Shown here: in pieces, positions 11,171 to 22,434 of the stretch | Numbering within the stretch: the stretch's first letter is position 1 | How the letters are laid out: every line of letters begins with the position of its first letter | Assembly: GCF_023055435.1 (NCBI RefSeq) | Contig: NW_025963924.1 | Coordinates: forward strand, 8,680,001-8,744,000 | Direction: 5' to 3' | DNA length: 64,000 nt | From: Haliotis rufescens | Taxonomy: Eukaryota | The notes under the pieces: generated by a model | Seen by the model: the letters and a program-made list of their open reading frames with translations, nothing else | What the model was told of the DNA's origin: nothing | The model's database searches: none | Position numbers and translations under genes: made by a program

Positions 11171-13654
11171 ATGGCAAGTCTACAACCGTCACGGCTCATA
11201 TTCAAATTTGTATGCTACATCCTACTGATTGAAATGGTTTATGGTCAGGGTTGTCCCCCTTGTGATTGTACCTACGACCTTCATCAAGTATATGTGAACT
11301 GCTCCAACCGGAATCTTACAAGCGTTCCCAAGGGTTTACCAACATCAACCACAATGCTTTTTCTCAATGAAAACAACTTAAAGACAATAGGACCAAAAGC
11401 ATTTTCAACAATGAGAAATCTTCAATATCTATATCTTGAGAGAAACTCTCTTGTTAGCCTACATGAACTGGCCTTTCATGGTCTTGACAACCTCGTCAAT
11501 CTGAGCTTAAAACTCAACGATCTAAAACTAAATTCAAAAACCTACAAAACCAATCTCTTCAAGCCACTACATAAACTTCAGGTTCTTAACATACAGTTCA
11601 ATCAGATGACAACATGGCCTGGAGATGACAGTCAACGTATAGCCTACCCTGATGTTTCGTTTCAACATCTGTCTCAACTTACTCACCTTTACATCGATGG
11701 TCGTCCAACAGACTTTGGACCAGGATTTGCCAAACTTATCAAACTTTCTCTTCTCGCCTTCACGCCATACACTAACTATTGCAAATTGACTTTACAAAAC
11801 TCAACCTTTATAAACGTACCCCATGTGGAATATCTCTACATGACCGCCTGCCAAATCCGTGAGGTGGAATCCTTAACATTTTCTTCTTTTTATCGTATCC
11901 ATACAATTGACGTGTCACAAAATTGGGAATTGGGATTTCATGAATTTGGCAAGGCAACGTATGGACTCCGTGATTCCTCCATACAAATTCTGAAAATGAA
12001 CCATATTTCTCCATTATCTGGATCATGTTATCAACTGCGGAGAAACGATTTTGTTCATTTAAAGAATACCTCACTGCGGGAACTTCACATTTCTGACAAT
12101 GGACTCATTGACTTCGAAAAAGGAACCATGCTGAACTTACCTGAAACTCTAGAGATGCTGGTGGCCAGAAGGAATAGGTTTTACCTTGGTCCATACTTGT
12201 TAGAAATGTCTCAAGCAAAGTCACTCCGAATTCTGGATATCTCACACATGGAAATATTGGAGAGTACAGACGTCAGACAAGATAACCCTTCCAGTCGTGT
12301 GTCAGCACCCAGTAATTACCCTTTTCCACCAAACCTTCAAGTCTTGAAATTATCATTCTGTTGCCTGAAATATAGAATCTTTGGCGGTGATGTGATGAAA
12401 AACGATTTGAGAAGCATTTCCCTGAACGGTAATTTGTTTACTTCTGTAAGGGGACAGGTCTATGGTTTTGAAAACGTTGAACATTTTGATTTCTCTGACA
12501 ATATCTTGGAGTGGCTCGATTCAAGTTTCTTTGCTATTGACAATCGTGTGAAACATCTCAACCTTTCAAACAACTTTCTTGGAAATATGATAGATGAAGA
12601 TGACAAGGGTGATACTTTTAGTCAACTGGTTAACTTGACAGATTTGGATATATCTCAAAACAGAATCAATTACTTACCAAAGGCTGTTTTTAGAAATCTT
12701 ACAAATATACAATATCTCAGAATTAATAACAACAGTATAAGAACAATTGATGCTCAAATCAAACACTTGTCGCATCTTAAATTATTTGACGTAAGCCATA
12801 ATGGCCTCCTCAAAATGCCTGTAAACATTCTTCAAGAACTGGACACATTATCACATGTTTCTGTCCGCCTGAGAGGAAACCCACTTACCTGCATATGCTC
12901 TTCCCTCGAATCCCTTCGCTGGATGAACAGACTTGCTGATAACATCGAAGACATGGAATCAATGACGTGTCTTATGAAAAATGGGAAGATGAACAATTTG
13001 AGAAACCTAGATTCCATAATTATCAATTTGGATAAAGAATGCCGTTCAAGTGGTCTTACTACTGTCATGACAATGTCTATTCTCTTGATAATAATGGTCG
13101 GAATAGGATTAGGTGCAGGATATCGTCATAGGTGGAAATTGAAATATCTGTACTATGTCGGGAGAAGAAAGTATCGGGAACTGGAGAATACTGACCAAGA
13201 TGACCAGGAGTACCAATATGATGCCTTTGTGTCATATGCAGACACAGACAGATGCTTGGTTATAGAGGGAATGATATCGGAACTGGAAGACAAAGCTGGA
13301 CTTCGATTGTGCATTCATCATCGGGACTTTCTTCCAGGGGAGGTTATTGCTTCAAACATTGTCAACGCAATACAGAACAGCCGCAAGACCTTGATTGTTC
13401 TGTCTCCAGCTTTCCTGAAGAGTCACTGGTGTGATTTTGAGTACAACATGGCGCGGATGGAGGGCGTCTCCAGGAGACAGAACATCGTGCTGGTGGTGCT
13501 GTATGAGCCTGTTGACATGAAGGATCTACCTAAGGACATGGCAGTCATGTTGTCCACCAACTGTTACTTGGAGTACAACACAGATGTCTATGGCAGTGTT
13601 GTATTCTGGAACAGTTTACGTGAATCTATTACCACTGTTAACAAAGTCGACTAA
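11171..13654 (+). CDS. Toll-like receptor, copy 2
   Basis: 827 aa ORF with the same LRR-TM-TIR architecture; TIR essentially identical to copy 1. Confidence 0.96.
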   Translation: MASLQPSRLIFKFVCYILLIEMVYGQGCPPCDCTYDLHQVYVNCSNRNLTSVPKGLPTSTTMLFLNENNLKTIGPKAFSTMRNLQYLYLERNSLVSLHELAFHGLDNLVNLSLKLNDLKLNSKTYKTNLFKPLHKLQVLNIQFNQMTTWPGDDSQRIAYPDVSFQHLSQLTHLYIDGRPTDFGPGFAKLIKLSLLAFTPYTNYCKLTLQNSTFINVPHVEYLYMTACQIREVESLTFSSFYRIHTIDVSQNWELGFHEFGKATYGLRDSSIQILKMNHISPLSGSCYQLRRNDFVHLKNTSLRELHISDNGLIDFEKGTMLNLPETLEMLVARRNRFYLGPYLLEMSQAKSLRILDISHMEILESTDVRQDNPSSRVSAPSNYPFPPNLQVLKLSFCCLKYRIFGGDVMKNDLRSISLNGNLFTSVRGQVYGFENVEHFDFSDNILEWLDSSFFAIDNRVKHLNLSNNFLGNMIDEDDKGDTFSQLVNLTDLDISQNRINYLPKAVFRNLTNIQYLRINNNSIRTIDAQIKHLSHLKLFDVSHNGLLKMPVNILQELDTLSHVSVRLRGNPLTCICSSLESLRWMNRLADNIEDMESMTCLMKNGKMNNLRNLDSIIINLDKECRSSGLTTVMTMSILLIIMVGIGLGAGYRHRWKLKYLYYVGRRKYRELENTDQDDQEYQYDAFVSYADTDRCLVIEGMISELEDKAGLRLCIHHRDFLPGEVIASNIVNAIQNSRKTLIVLSPAFLKSHWCDFEYNMARMEGVSRRQNIVLVVLYEPVDMKDLPKDMAVMLSTNCYLEYNTDVYGSVVFWNSLRESITTVNKVD

Positions 13655-14592
13655 AACACAGCAGATGTCACTCCTTGATTGAATATAGATTTAGCCATAT
13701 ATTTATGGTGTGCCAAGGCAGTTTATATAGTGTTCAAATACATCACGATCTATACTGTGACACCTTCTTAAATTAAAAAGCTTTTTTACCACAGCCGACA
13801 GTGTTGTCGATCCCTGTCTATGTATTAACTTGCAGCTTCGAATTCGGTGCATGTGTTTCCTTGTAGATTTGGTCCGCCACTATGCTTTTAGTGTTCGATA
13901 CTGCACCCAACTGTAATACAGGTTACTTGCATCGAGAAAACACAGCTAACTATACCTTTTTTTATTATTTTTATGAATTATGTTATGCATATTTGTGATA
14001 TGATACCTATGAGTCTTAATACTGTTTTATATAAACTATGTGTACAACAATTATTAAACAGATATTATTCTTTCATACAATGTATGCTGATTTTTTTATT
14101 TGGCCCTGGCGAAGCATGCAAAACAATCATTGTAGTTCACACACATTGGAGATGATATCGTTTATTGTTGTTAGAAAATAAATACAAACAAAATCTATAG
14201 TTCTTCATGGCAGCAGCTCTCATCCATTCAACACCATTAACTGCAATCTACGCCTTTGTTTACAGTTATTCTGTAAACATAATACAACAGTTCAAAAACT
14301 AACTTTAGAATCTTAAGAACTGACCTTGAGGAAACCAGGAACTTTTGTACTAAACAGAAGCATTTCTGTCTGTGCTTCAATACATACACCCATTTTCACT
14401 GAAAGAAAGAACTAAACAATTATATTTTTCTGACAATCTTTTGTCAAATCCGAGGCATAAGTAATTTGTTTCAATTGAAATGAACCATGACACAGCCTTG
14501 TACCTTGGAGGTGTAGTTAAAGGTCAAAGGTCAAAGAGCAGCACCTGCTTCCGAGTGTGAAATCGGTTCCTCCGGAAGGTTTTCTTAAATCA

Positions 14593-14601
14593 CCATCATC
14601 C

Positions 14602-14643
<42 letters not shown>
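14593..14643. repeat. (TCA)n microsatellite, variable between units (25830-25897, 48336-48357, 50608-50633)
   Basis: Direct reading of the sequence. Confidence 0.9.
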
Positions 14644-15183
14644 ACAATACCTGCATTGGAAGATAGCAGTGTCCTTTATGTGTGTCGTAGTAAATTACTA
14701 CAGGTTTCCTTCATTGTCTTTTGGCCAATTTCTAACAACATTTCCTTGAACACGTTTCCCATTATTTATCCAAGCTGCACTTTCTTAAAGTTTAACTCAT
14801 TTGTTTAATAGACCAATGTTAAATGTAAATACATCAGGAAACTGACCTTACATTAACTATCATTTTCTATTGAATATAGGATTATTTGCATAAACTTTGC
14901 ATTATTCTTTTTTTTAACAATCAATACAAAGTTGCAGGTAGACGAGTGAACTGTAAGGGTAATTCAGTTCGTTGTTCTATGAAATGTTTAACTGCTTAAT
15001 TGCTTCTCTCAATAGTATTTTATTATATGTAGTACTACCACATTCTTAGTTATACAAGTTCCTGTGTTCCGAAATCTGTCGAAACTATGCATTTGTGCTA
15101 TCAGCTTTTCACTTGACTTTAAAACCCAAATACATGTTCATTCCTCTTTTGTACTGTCCGCAGAGAGAGGGTCAAGCAAATGT

Positions 15184-15448
15184 TTGTTTGTTTGTTGTTT
15201 AACGCCGAACTCAGCAATGTTCCAGGTATATGACGGCGGTCTGTAAATAATCGAGTCTGGACCAAAATATCCAGTGATTGATATCAGGAGCATCGATCTA
15301 CGCAGTTTGCAAATGATGACATGCAACAACTAAGTCAGCCAGCCTGACCACCCGACCCCGTGAGTCGCCTCTTACGACAAGCATAGTCGACTCTTACGGC
15401 ACGCAATGGGTTGGTGAAGACCTATTCTTCCCCGGATCTTCACAGATC
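15184..15448 (-). mobile_element. SINE-like element, family B (paralogs at about 26434-26670 and 48861-49120)
   Basis: TSD caagcaaatgt at 15173-15183 and 15449-15459; (AAAC)n tail; empty site at about 51250. Confidence 0.85.
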
Positions 15449-15459
15449 CAAGCAAATGT

Positions 15460-16700
15460 ACTTCCAAATCCCTGTTACAAAGATGAACTATATTCCTCGA
15501 TATAATTAAAGAAGGACTATATCGTTATATTCACATAACGTGTTTGAGACAAGTGGAATTAATACCGTGTGGATTCTCAAAAACCTCATTCCGAGATTGA
15601 TAAGAATTATGTGAAATGTGGGGATTGGATGTATAGGCATCCCCATGGGCACCAATTGTGCTCCCCTCCCTGATCTGTTTCTTTATGCGTGTGAATCGGA
15701 ATTTCTGCTCGGATTAGCATACTCCAAACAAGGGAATTTGGCCAAGGTGTTTAACTTAACCTCCAGATATATACTAGTACATGATCTGATAAGCAGAAGT
15801 GACAAAACCCTTTACATATTCACAATAAATCTCTGCTAAAAGTTGAGTCGATTATGCGATTCCGACTTTACAATGAGCATGTGTTTATGAATCACTATCA
15901 TATAGTGATGATACCACGTGTTTGTGAAAAGGTGTTCTTTCAGTAATGGTCAAATAGCCAATTACCTTCCACTAATTTAGCCACCGGAACTAAACATAAA
16001 AGAGACGAGTGAAACTGTCTCCTCTGTTTCCTAATTAGATTAATGCATTGAGATTCGAACAGCCAAAAATATCCACAGGACTGTATGACAAGAGGGATAA
16101 TTTCCACTTTCCACCTGTCAACTTTCCCTTTATGTCGAGCAATATTCCAGTATCTCCAGCCTTTGGTGTCTACATTTCACATTCTACGGTGCAATCGAGC
16201 ATGCTCTTTCTACCAAGATTTTAAAGATTGTCACACGACTCTTGCTCAAAAGTTCTTTGATCAGGGTACAACATTCAAAGCTTTCAAAATTCAAAAGGTT
16301 TTACGTTAGACACGCGGAGTACATTTAAAAAATTGATGCAGTAGTGACCTAGTGATTGCTTTTGCATGTCTTTGTGATGGGTGCCACAGGTGGGGAAGGA
16401 ACAAGTGAGGTCACGTGAGATTGCGCGTGAGGAATTGGCTCAGTCTTTAAAGAGTTTACTCATACGACTCTTGTTCAAAACTTGTTTGGTCAGGGTTACA
16501 ACATTCAAGGCCTCAGTAAAGCTTTCACAATTCAAAAAGGTTTACGGTATGACAAAATGATTGCTTTTGCATGTCTTTGTGATGGGTGCCACCGGTGGGG
16601 CAGGATACGCTCACCATTTCGCGAACGCATGGTATCATCACTATTTAATAGTAATTCATAAACACATGCTTATGATATCGTCGGAAACGTACAATTGTCT
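15460..16700 (+). mobile_element. Degenerate Penelope-like retroelement RT fragment (copies at about 26680-27930, 49130-49395, 51260-52020; 3'-like remnant at about 830-930 on the minus strand)
   Basis: GIPMGTNCAPL.DLFLY..E..F..LA..FNLTSRY, plus frameshifted YDKRD.F.FP..NFPF..SNIP and RACSFYQDF motifs. Confidence 0.7.
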
Positions 16701-16711
16701 CTTTCTTATGA

Positions 16712-16946
16712 GGGGCGGTCGGGTAGCTCAGTGGTTAAAGCGTTCGCTCGTCCCGACCCGAGTTCGATTCCCGACATGGGTACAATGTGTGAAGCCCATT
16801 TCTGGTGAAACCCACCGTGATATTGCTGGAATATTGTTAAAAGCGGCGTTAAAGGATACTCACTCACTCACTCACTCACTCACTCACTCACTCACTCACT
16901 CACTCACTCACTCACTCACCCACTCACCCACTCACTCACTCACTCA
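16712..16946 (+). mobile_element. tRNA-derived SINE, family A, with expanded (ACTC)n tail
   Basis: A box gtagctcagtgg, B box gttcgattcc; TSD ctctttcttatga at 16699-16711 and 16947-16959; truncated paralog at about 27935-27985. Confidence 0.85.
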
Positions 16947-17559
16947 CTCTTTCTTATGAATATGGTTTTGTCGCTTATATTTTGATGAAAGGACCAGTAG
17001 TTCTCTTATTGCATAAATAATAGTCAGAGTCTGTGACTCATGCATGTGTACTGTTACGGCATGACTACATCCTGGTCTAGAAACTGCGAGATTTGGTTTG
17101 TGGAAAGGATATGACATTTATTAAAACGCCTTCAAAATCACACACAAATATTACCTTCTCTTGTGGAAATCCATGTGAAAACAATATACACGTCTTTCTT
17201 GAATGTCCCAAACACACTAGTCCCAGAAATGTCATGTTCACTAACATTATAACAGCTGGAAGTACATGTACAATGCAAAATATTCTCTATGGTGATGAAT
17301 CTCTAGCTGATAGTCACAATAATCACATTTTCAACAGCATTCACAAATATGTACTGTTGACTTATAGACTTTTCGTAAATATATAATATCGCTCTGCCAC
17401 CACTTACTACGTTGTTCGTGCATATTTTGCTTCACTTTTAACAGTTAAAAAACTAGGTACAGGCAATATGATTAATAACGAGATGACATACTCAGCGTCA
17501 TTATTGAAGAGTCACCTAGGTATATCGTGTGTCAAACATGAACATATGCCAACAAGAGT

Positions 17560-17995
17560 TGGTCTGAGTATGGTGACAATGTGATATACAATTGAAAAAC
17601 ATGTTGTTTATGCCTATGACACACGGATAAAACACAACTGCACTCATTGTTACTGGAACTTCAAAATGGACACCAATGACTCCTTCTCTGATGTCGCTGC
17701 ATTGGGTGCCTCTCAAAGCTAGAATTTATTTTAAACTACTGAATGAATCAGCCCCACTGTATCTGATGGAACTTTTGCCTATATAATAAGCCATTTAGAT
17801 CTCTCCGTTCTGAAAGTGAACACCTGCTGCAAGTTCAAGAATCCCACTTGAAAGCTTTGGGTCATAGATCATTCGAATACTGTGCTTCAACACTTAGGAA
17901 CAATCTACCAACAGTGCCAAAGCTCTCACCATCACTCCTATCATTCAAGGCACATCTAAAGACCTATATTTTCAAGCAGTATTATTCAGTCTAAA
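17560..17995 (+). mobile_element. L2-like LINE 3' fragment
   Basis: Degenerate LHWVPLKARIYFK, GHRSFEYCASTL.NNLP and FKAHLKTYIF motifs. Confidence 0.65.
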
Positions 17996-18297
17996 TGCAT
18001 TTGTGCATTATTCTAAAGAATGATTGGTCAATTAAAGCGATATATCAACACAAAATACGATATGACGTCATCGGCAACAATGAAATGACTGTCGATTCTT
18101 AACTAATGGGTGGAGGTTTCTGTTAATACAACATCAAATACTACTTCGTAAATGCCGAATTGTCGGCTGAACTTAAGTGGATTCTAATGAATACTGTGCT
18201 TTCTCTTTGTATTCATAAGATTAAGAGCCAGTTCACATTCAGCCAATCAAATTAAATCACACATTCGGTACAAAAGAGCACTAGCTTCGTTTTGGAA

Positions 18298-18760
18298 AAG
18301 CACGACAATGCGACAACGTGACAGTGCGACAACATTTCATCAAAATGTCGCGCCTGTAATGATTACTGCATATTTAAATATTTTAACAAAGCGCGACAAC
18401 GCGACAATGCGACAATACGACAATTCATCACATGCGTTGTTGCATTGTCGCGCCTGTAATGATTACTGTATATTTTCACAAAGCACGACAACGCGACAAT
18501 GCGCCATTTCATTAAAATATGCGTTGTCGCATTGTCGCACTTGTAACAATTACTGCATATTTTAACAAAGCACGACATGCGACAATGCACCATTTCATCA
18601 AAATATATGTTGTCACAGTGTCGCACTTGTAATAATTACTGCATATTCTAACAAAGAACGCCAATGAGACAATGTGCCATTTCATCAAAATGACGCGTTG
18701 TCGCATTGTCCCATTGTCGAGCTTCTAGTAGTTACTGCTTATTTTGTATATTTAAACAAA
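18298..18760. repeat. Tandem array of ~75-100-bp internally palindromic units (copies at about 8010-8210, 28850-28955, 29765-30115, 37710-37780)
   Basis: Recurrent cgacaatgcg...cgttgtcgcattgtcgc...attactgcatattttaacaaag. Confidence 0.8.
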
Positions 18761-19289
18761 AAATTATCTATGGTTAACGATGAATGCACCCAGTGAACCA
18801 ACTTAGTCACAACAATTACAAATGTGCATACATACCTCCATGAAGGAGCAATGTCTGTGAGTTAAAGGTCGTCGGTAAACTGATTTTTAAAGTATTAAGT
18901 CCAATTAAGTGTACAGTTAACGAACTCAAAGGGTTCATTAGTTTTCGTTCGTCATAAGCATATACACAGTATAACTAAAACAAATAGTCGGAAGAAAAAA
19001 GTAAGTTCGTTATATCCGTCAGTTCGTTATAAGCGTGTTCGTTATAAACGTACTAGTTTACTGTATATGATATGAGCGAGTTTATTTATAATAATAATAA
19101 TCCATTTGTATGTCACTTTCTCCATCCTGAATATCATGCCCAAAGCACATTGGAACGGGTTGGGGGTGGGGAAAACGTGGTTGTCAGGATGTTTTCAGTC
19201 CCATCCCAACCGTCAGTTTCAAAGAGATATTGTTAAAACGGATGTAAAAGAAAACTATAAAAAATAATAAAAGTCAACTGAAATCTTTA

Positions 19290-19290
19290 C

Positions 19291-19331
<41 letters not shown>

Positions 19332-19335
19332 ATTG
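19290..19335. repeat. (TTG)n microsatellite
   Basis: Direct reading of the sequence. Confidence 0.9.
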
Positions 19336-22300
19336 ATAATGACAGTTACAATTTCAATATGTACATGAACTAACTGCAAGTCGTGCTCTATTTTTAACGC
19401 TTGTCAGTTTTGACAGTTAGATTCTAGATAATTAATTTCTACAAATTTTATTTAATCTTCTCGAAAAAGAATAATTACTATGCGCAAAGGCAGAGCCAAT
19501 AATGCTGCACGGTAATTGTTATTAAAAAACTGTAAAATAGTCTATGGAATCATTATAAAATTTCTAAAAACTCGCTGGGCCAAAAACTACAACTTACGTT
19601 GAGTCTGTTATTTCTGCAACTGATTTGGAACGAGATTATATTTGTTATGACGTCACTTCCGGAAATGCATGTAGCAGAAGACGCCAAAAGTTAGAGCGAG
19701 AAGAATGCGATTAAACACTAAATATACGACGTGACATTAACTAGGATGGATGTAATCTACCCAATAACATGTCAAGGAAAGTATTTTGGAATAAATATAT
19801 TTACTTTAGTATATTTAGAGCATGAAACAATTTCGGAATGAACTACCCAACTTTTGATGACGTAAGCACCAGTAGATCGCGGGACTATTTGAGACGATCA
19901 CTGGAGCTAACTATAACTGTTAAATATTACTATGAAACATTTAATTGATCTTATACGTACAATAAACATAGTTTTTACATACAAGACGTGTATGTAATAA
20001 TAAAAAATCATATATTTAATAACTATTAAAACTTCAAACGATCTCGGGAACGTGGACGAAAACCGAAGGTCTTTGTCGTTTTCGACCAAGCCTGACTATT
20101 AAACACATTATTACCCCGGCCATTCTCATCTCCAAGGGAAGTATATATACGACCTAAGTTGCCTGTGATGTGCTGAAAGGTTAACGGCCACATTGTCATA
20201 TTAGAGGCTACCCTTTCACTGCTGGCTGAACAGTGGCATATTTCAAACAAAGTCATTTGCCCAAAGTCACACACCACATGTGTTACGTGTTTCGGTGTTG
20301 GGCAGGACCGAGGCTCTTGAAAAACTCAGGAACGAAGCAGCCGATCACGGTCACCCATCCACTTTACGATTCCGACTTTATTATAAGCATGTGTTTATGA
20401 TGTACTATAAAATAGTGATGATGTCGTATCCTCGCGAAAAGGTGAGTCTATCCTGCCCCTTCACAAGCACACGCAACAGTAAGTCAATTGTTCACCTGAA
20501 CAAACGCTGGAACATGTCACAAGTCAACAAACGTCAATTCCATCGGACATCATTTTGGCCACTGATGCGTCAAACTTGGAAATATCTCCCACATGTCTGC
20601 CATAAAACATGAGGGCAGAGGGCACGAAGTCGGCACAAGAGCCGATATTTGGCAGTTATATCTTAATTATCTCAAATATATTTCAAGTCAGTTTTCAGTT
20701 CAGTTTTGCAAATGTCCTTGTGTTTAGGTGTAAGGTACATCATACTACGAGAGTCAAAAATCAAACTATACTTCTGAACATACTCAGTGATATATCTCAC
20801 ACTCTACAGACATATGTATAAAAATTACACAACAATGTCAGTGTGAACTGATGGCTGTAACAACACACTGAACGTTAACCCATCGGGGCTCAACACAACT
20901 TTCTCATTCATATCAGGAATTATCAGCGCTACCTGGGAACATTTAACTATCTTAAAGAAAAACACAAATCCCATCTTGTTGGTGGGAGATTTGACAATAG
21001 TCCCCTGCAGGCAACCACAGCTGTTGCCAATTGGAAGCGATTTTCTTATTTTTGCTTCAAACTACAAGGGTTAAGTAGTTCGAGATCGGACTACACTGCC
21101 AGCAACAAGGATGTTTAATTTGATTCCAATAGTCAAGTGAACGCGTCTGCATCATTTGGACGTCATTTGTGGTAAGTACAAATTAGTCTCTCATACAAAC
21201 GCTGAAACAAGAAATATCCCAAAGCAAACACTACTTTAGAAATCATAAAATGACACCCCAAACATTATTCTTCAGTAAAACATGTTTATGTGTAATCGTA
21301 GATGAGTTGCCAGACAAATTATCAGTGATATAGCAGGATCATTCCTGTTTGTAAATAAGTTGATTATGTACGCAATAGCAAAAGGCTTTATCATTGTATT
21401 ACCAGCTAATTATTTTATTATTATTGTTACTGTAATATTAAGGATGTACCATTTTCATTTGTGAATGCCAATACTGTAAGAAGACGAAGGGTACGAGGTT
21501 AGAATAGATCCCCAAGCAGCTTTTATGTCAGTCGTAAGATGATACTCAGATGAATCGGCTGGTCAGTCTCCATACCCCGACCGTATATATTGTTGCTCAT
21601 GATATCAATTACTGAATTGTCTGGTCCAGTTTCAATTATTTACAGTCCACCGTCATAAAGCTAGAATATTACTGAGTGCGGCGTTAAACAAAACAAACGA
21701 GCACAATTGTTACTAAACTTATTTGTATACTTAATTGTGGTAAACATGATGCTCCATGCCTTGATTGAGTCTTTTATATGATTTCAAATATGCCGATCCA
21801 TAATAGAGTTGAACCTGTTAGTTTTTGTTATAAACATGTCAGATCTATTTATTTAAGCTAAGTTTATTATGTACACCAACCACGTTGTCTTTTAAAGTCT
21901 ACGTGTGTTTACTCTTGCAAAAGTACCCGGGAAAATCTGTAACTGATCATGCAAAATGCTCCAACTCTATTGAGAAAGGCCAATGGAAACATATTCATTT
22001 AACTTTATTAATGACAGAATATATTTCCCAGTTATATGGTTCAAGCACAGGGGTGTTGTATCTATATTCCACGTACTCAAAATTACAAACTTCTCTTCAA
22101 AGGACTTCTGTTCTGACATACTATATCTGGGCATTTTCTTTAATCCAAGTTTATGCAAACACGATGTTTTTCATTCCTTATGTTGGACCATGGCGACCCA
22201 TCAATGTAATTCGATGTAATTCACCTTCCTTAACTTGGCCATAATCCACAAGTAGATATTACCAGATAAGCAACGATTATGAATCTAGTTCAACAAACTG

Positions 22301-22434
22301 ACAGTGGTTACATCTGAATTAAAACATACAATCAACATATCTTTTCAGAACATATAAAACATCAACGTTAGAGAACGAACAGTCTCCAATTTCTGCCAAA
22401 TCAGATTCCATAGGGCGTCAAAGCTACTACAACA

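Noticed and set aside
16712-16780. tRNA genes at A/B-box sequences
   Set aside because: They continue into SINE bodies with tails and TSDs, so they are SINE heads.
18298-18760. CRISPR-like appearance of palindromic repeats
   Set aside because: Eukaryotic context, degenerate tandem units without unique spacers, and no cas genes.
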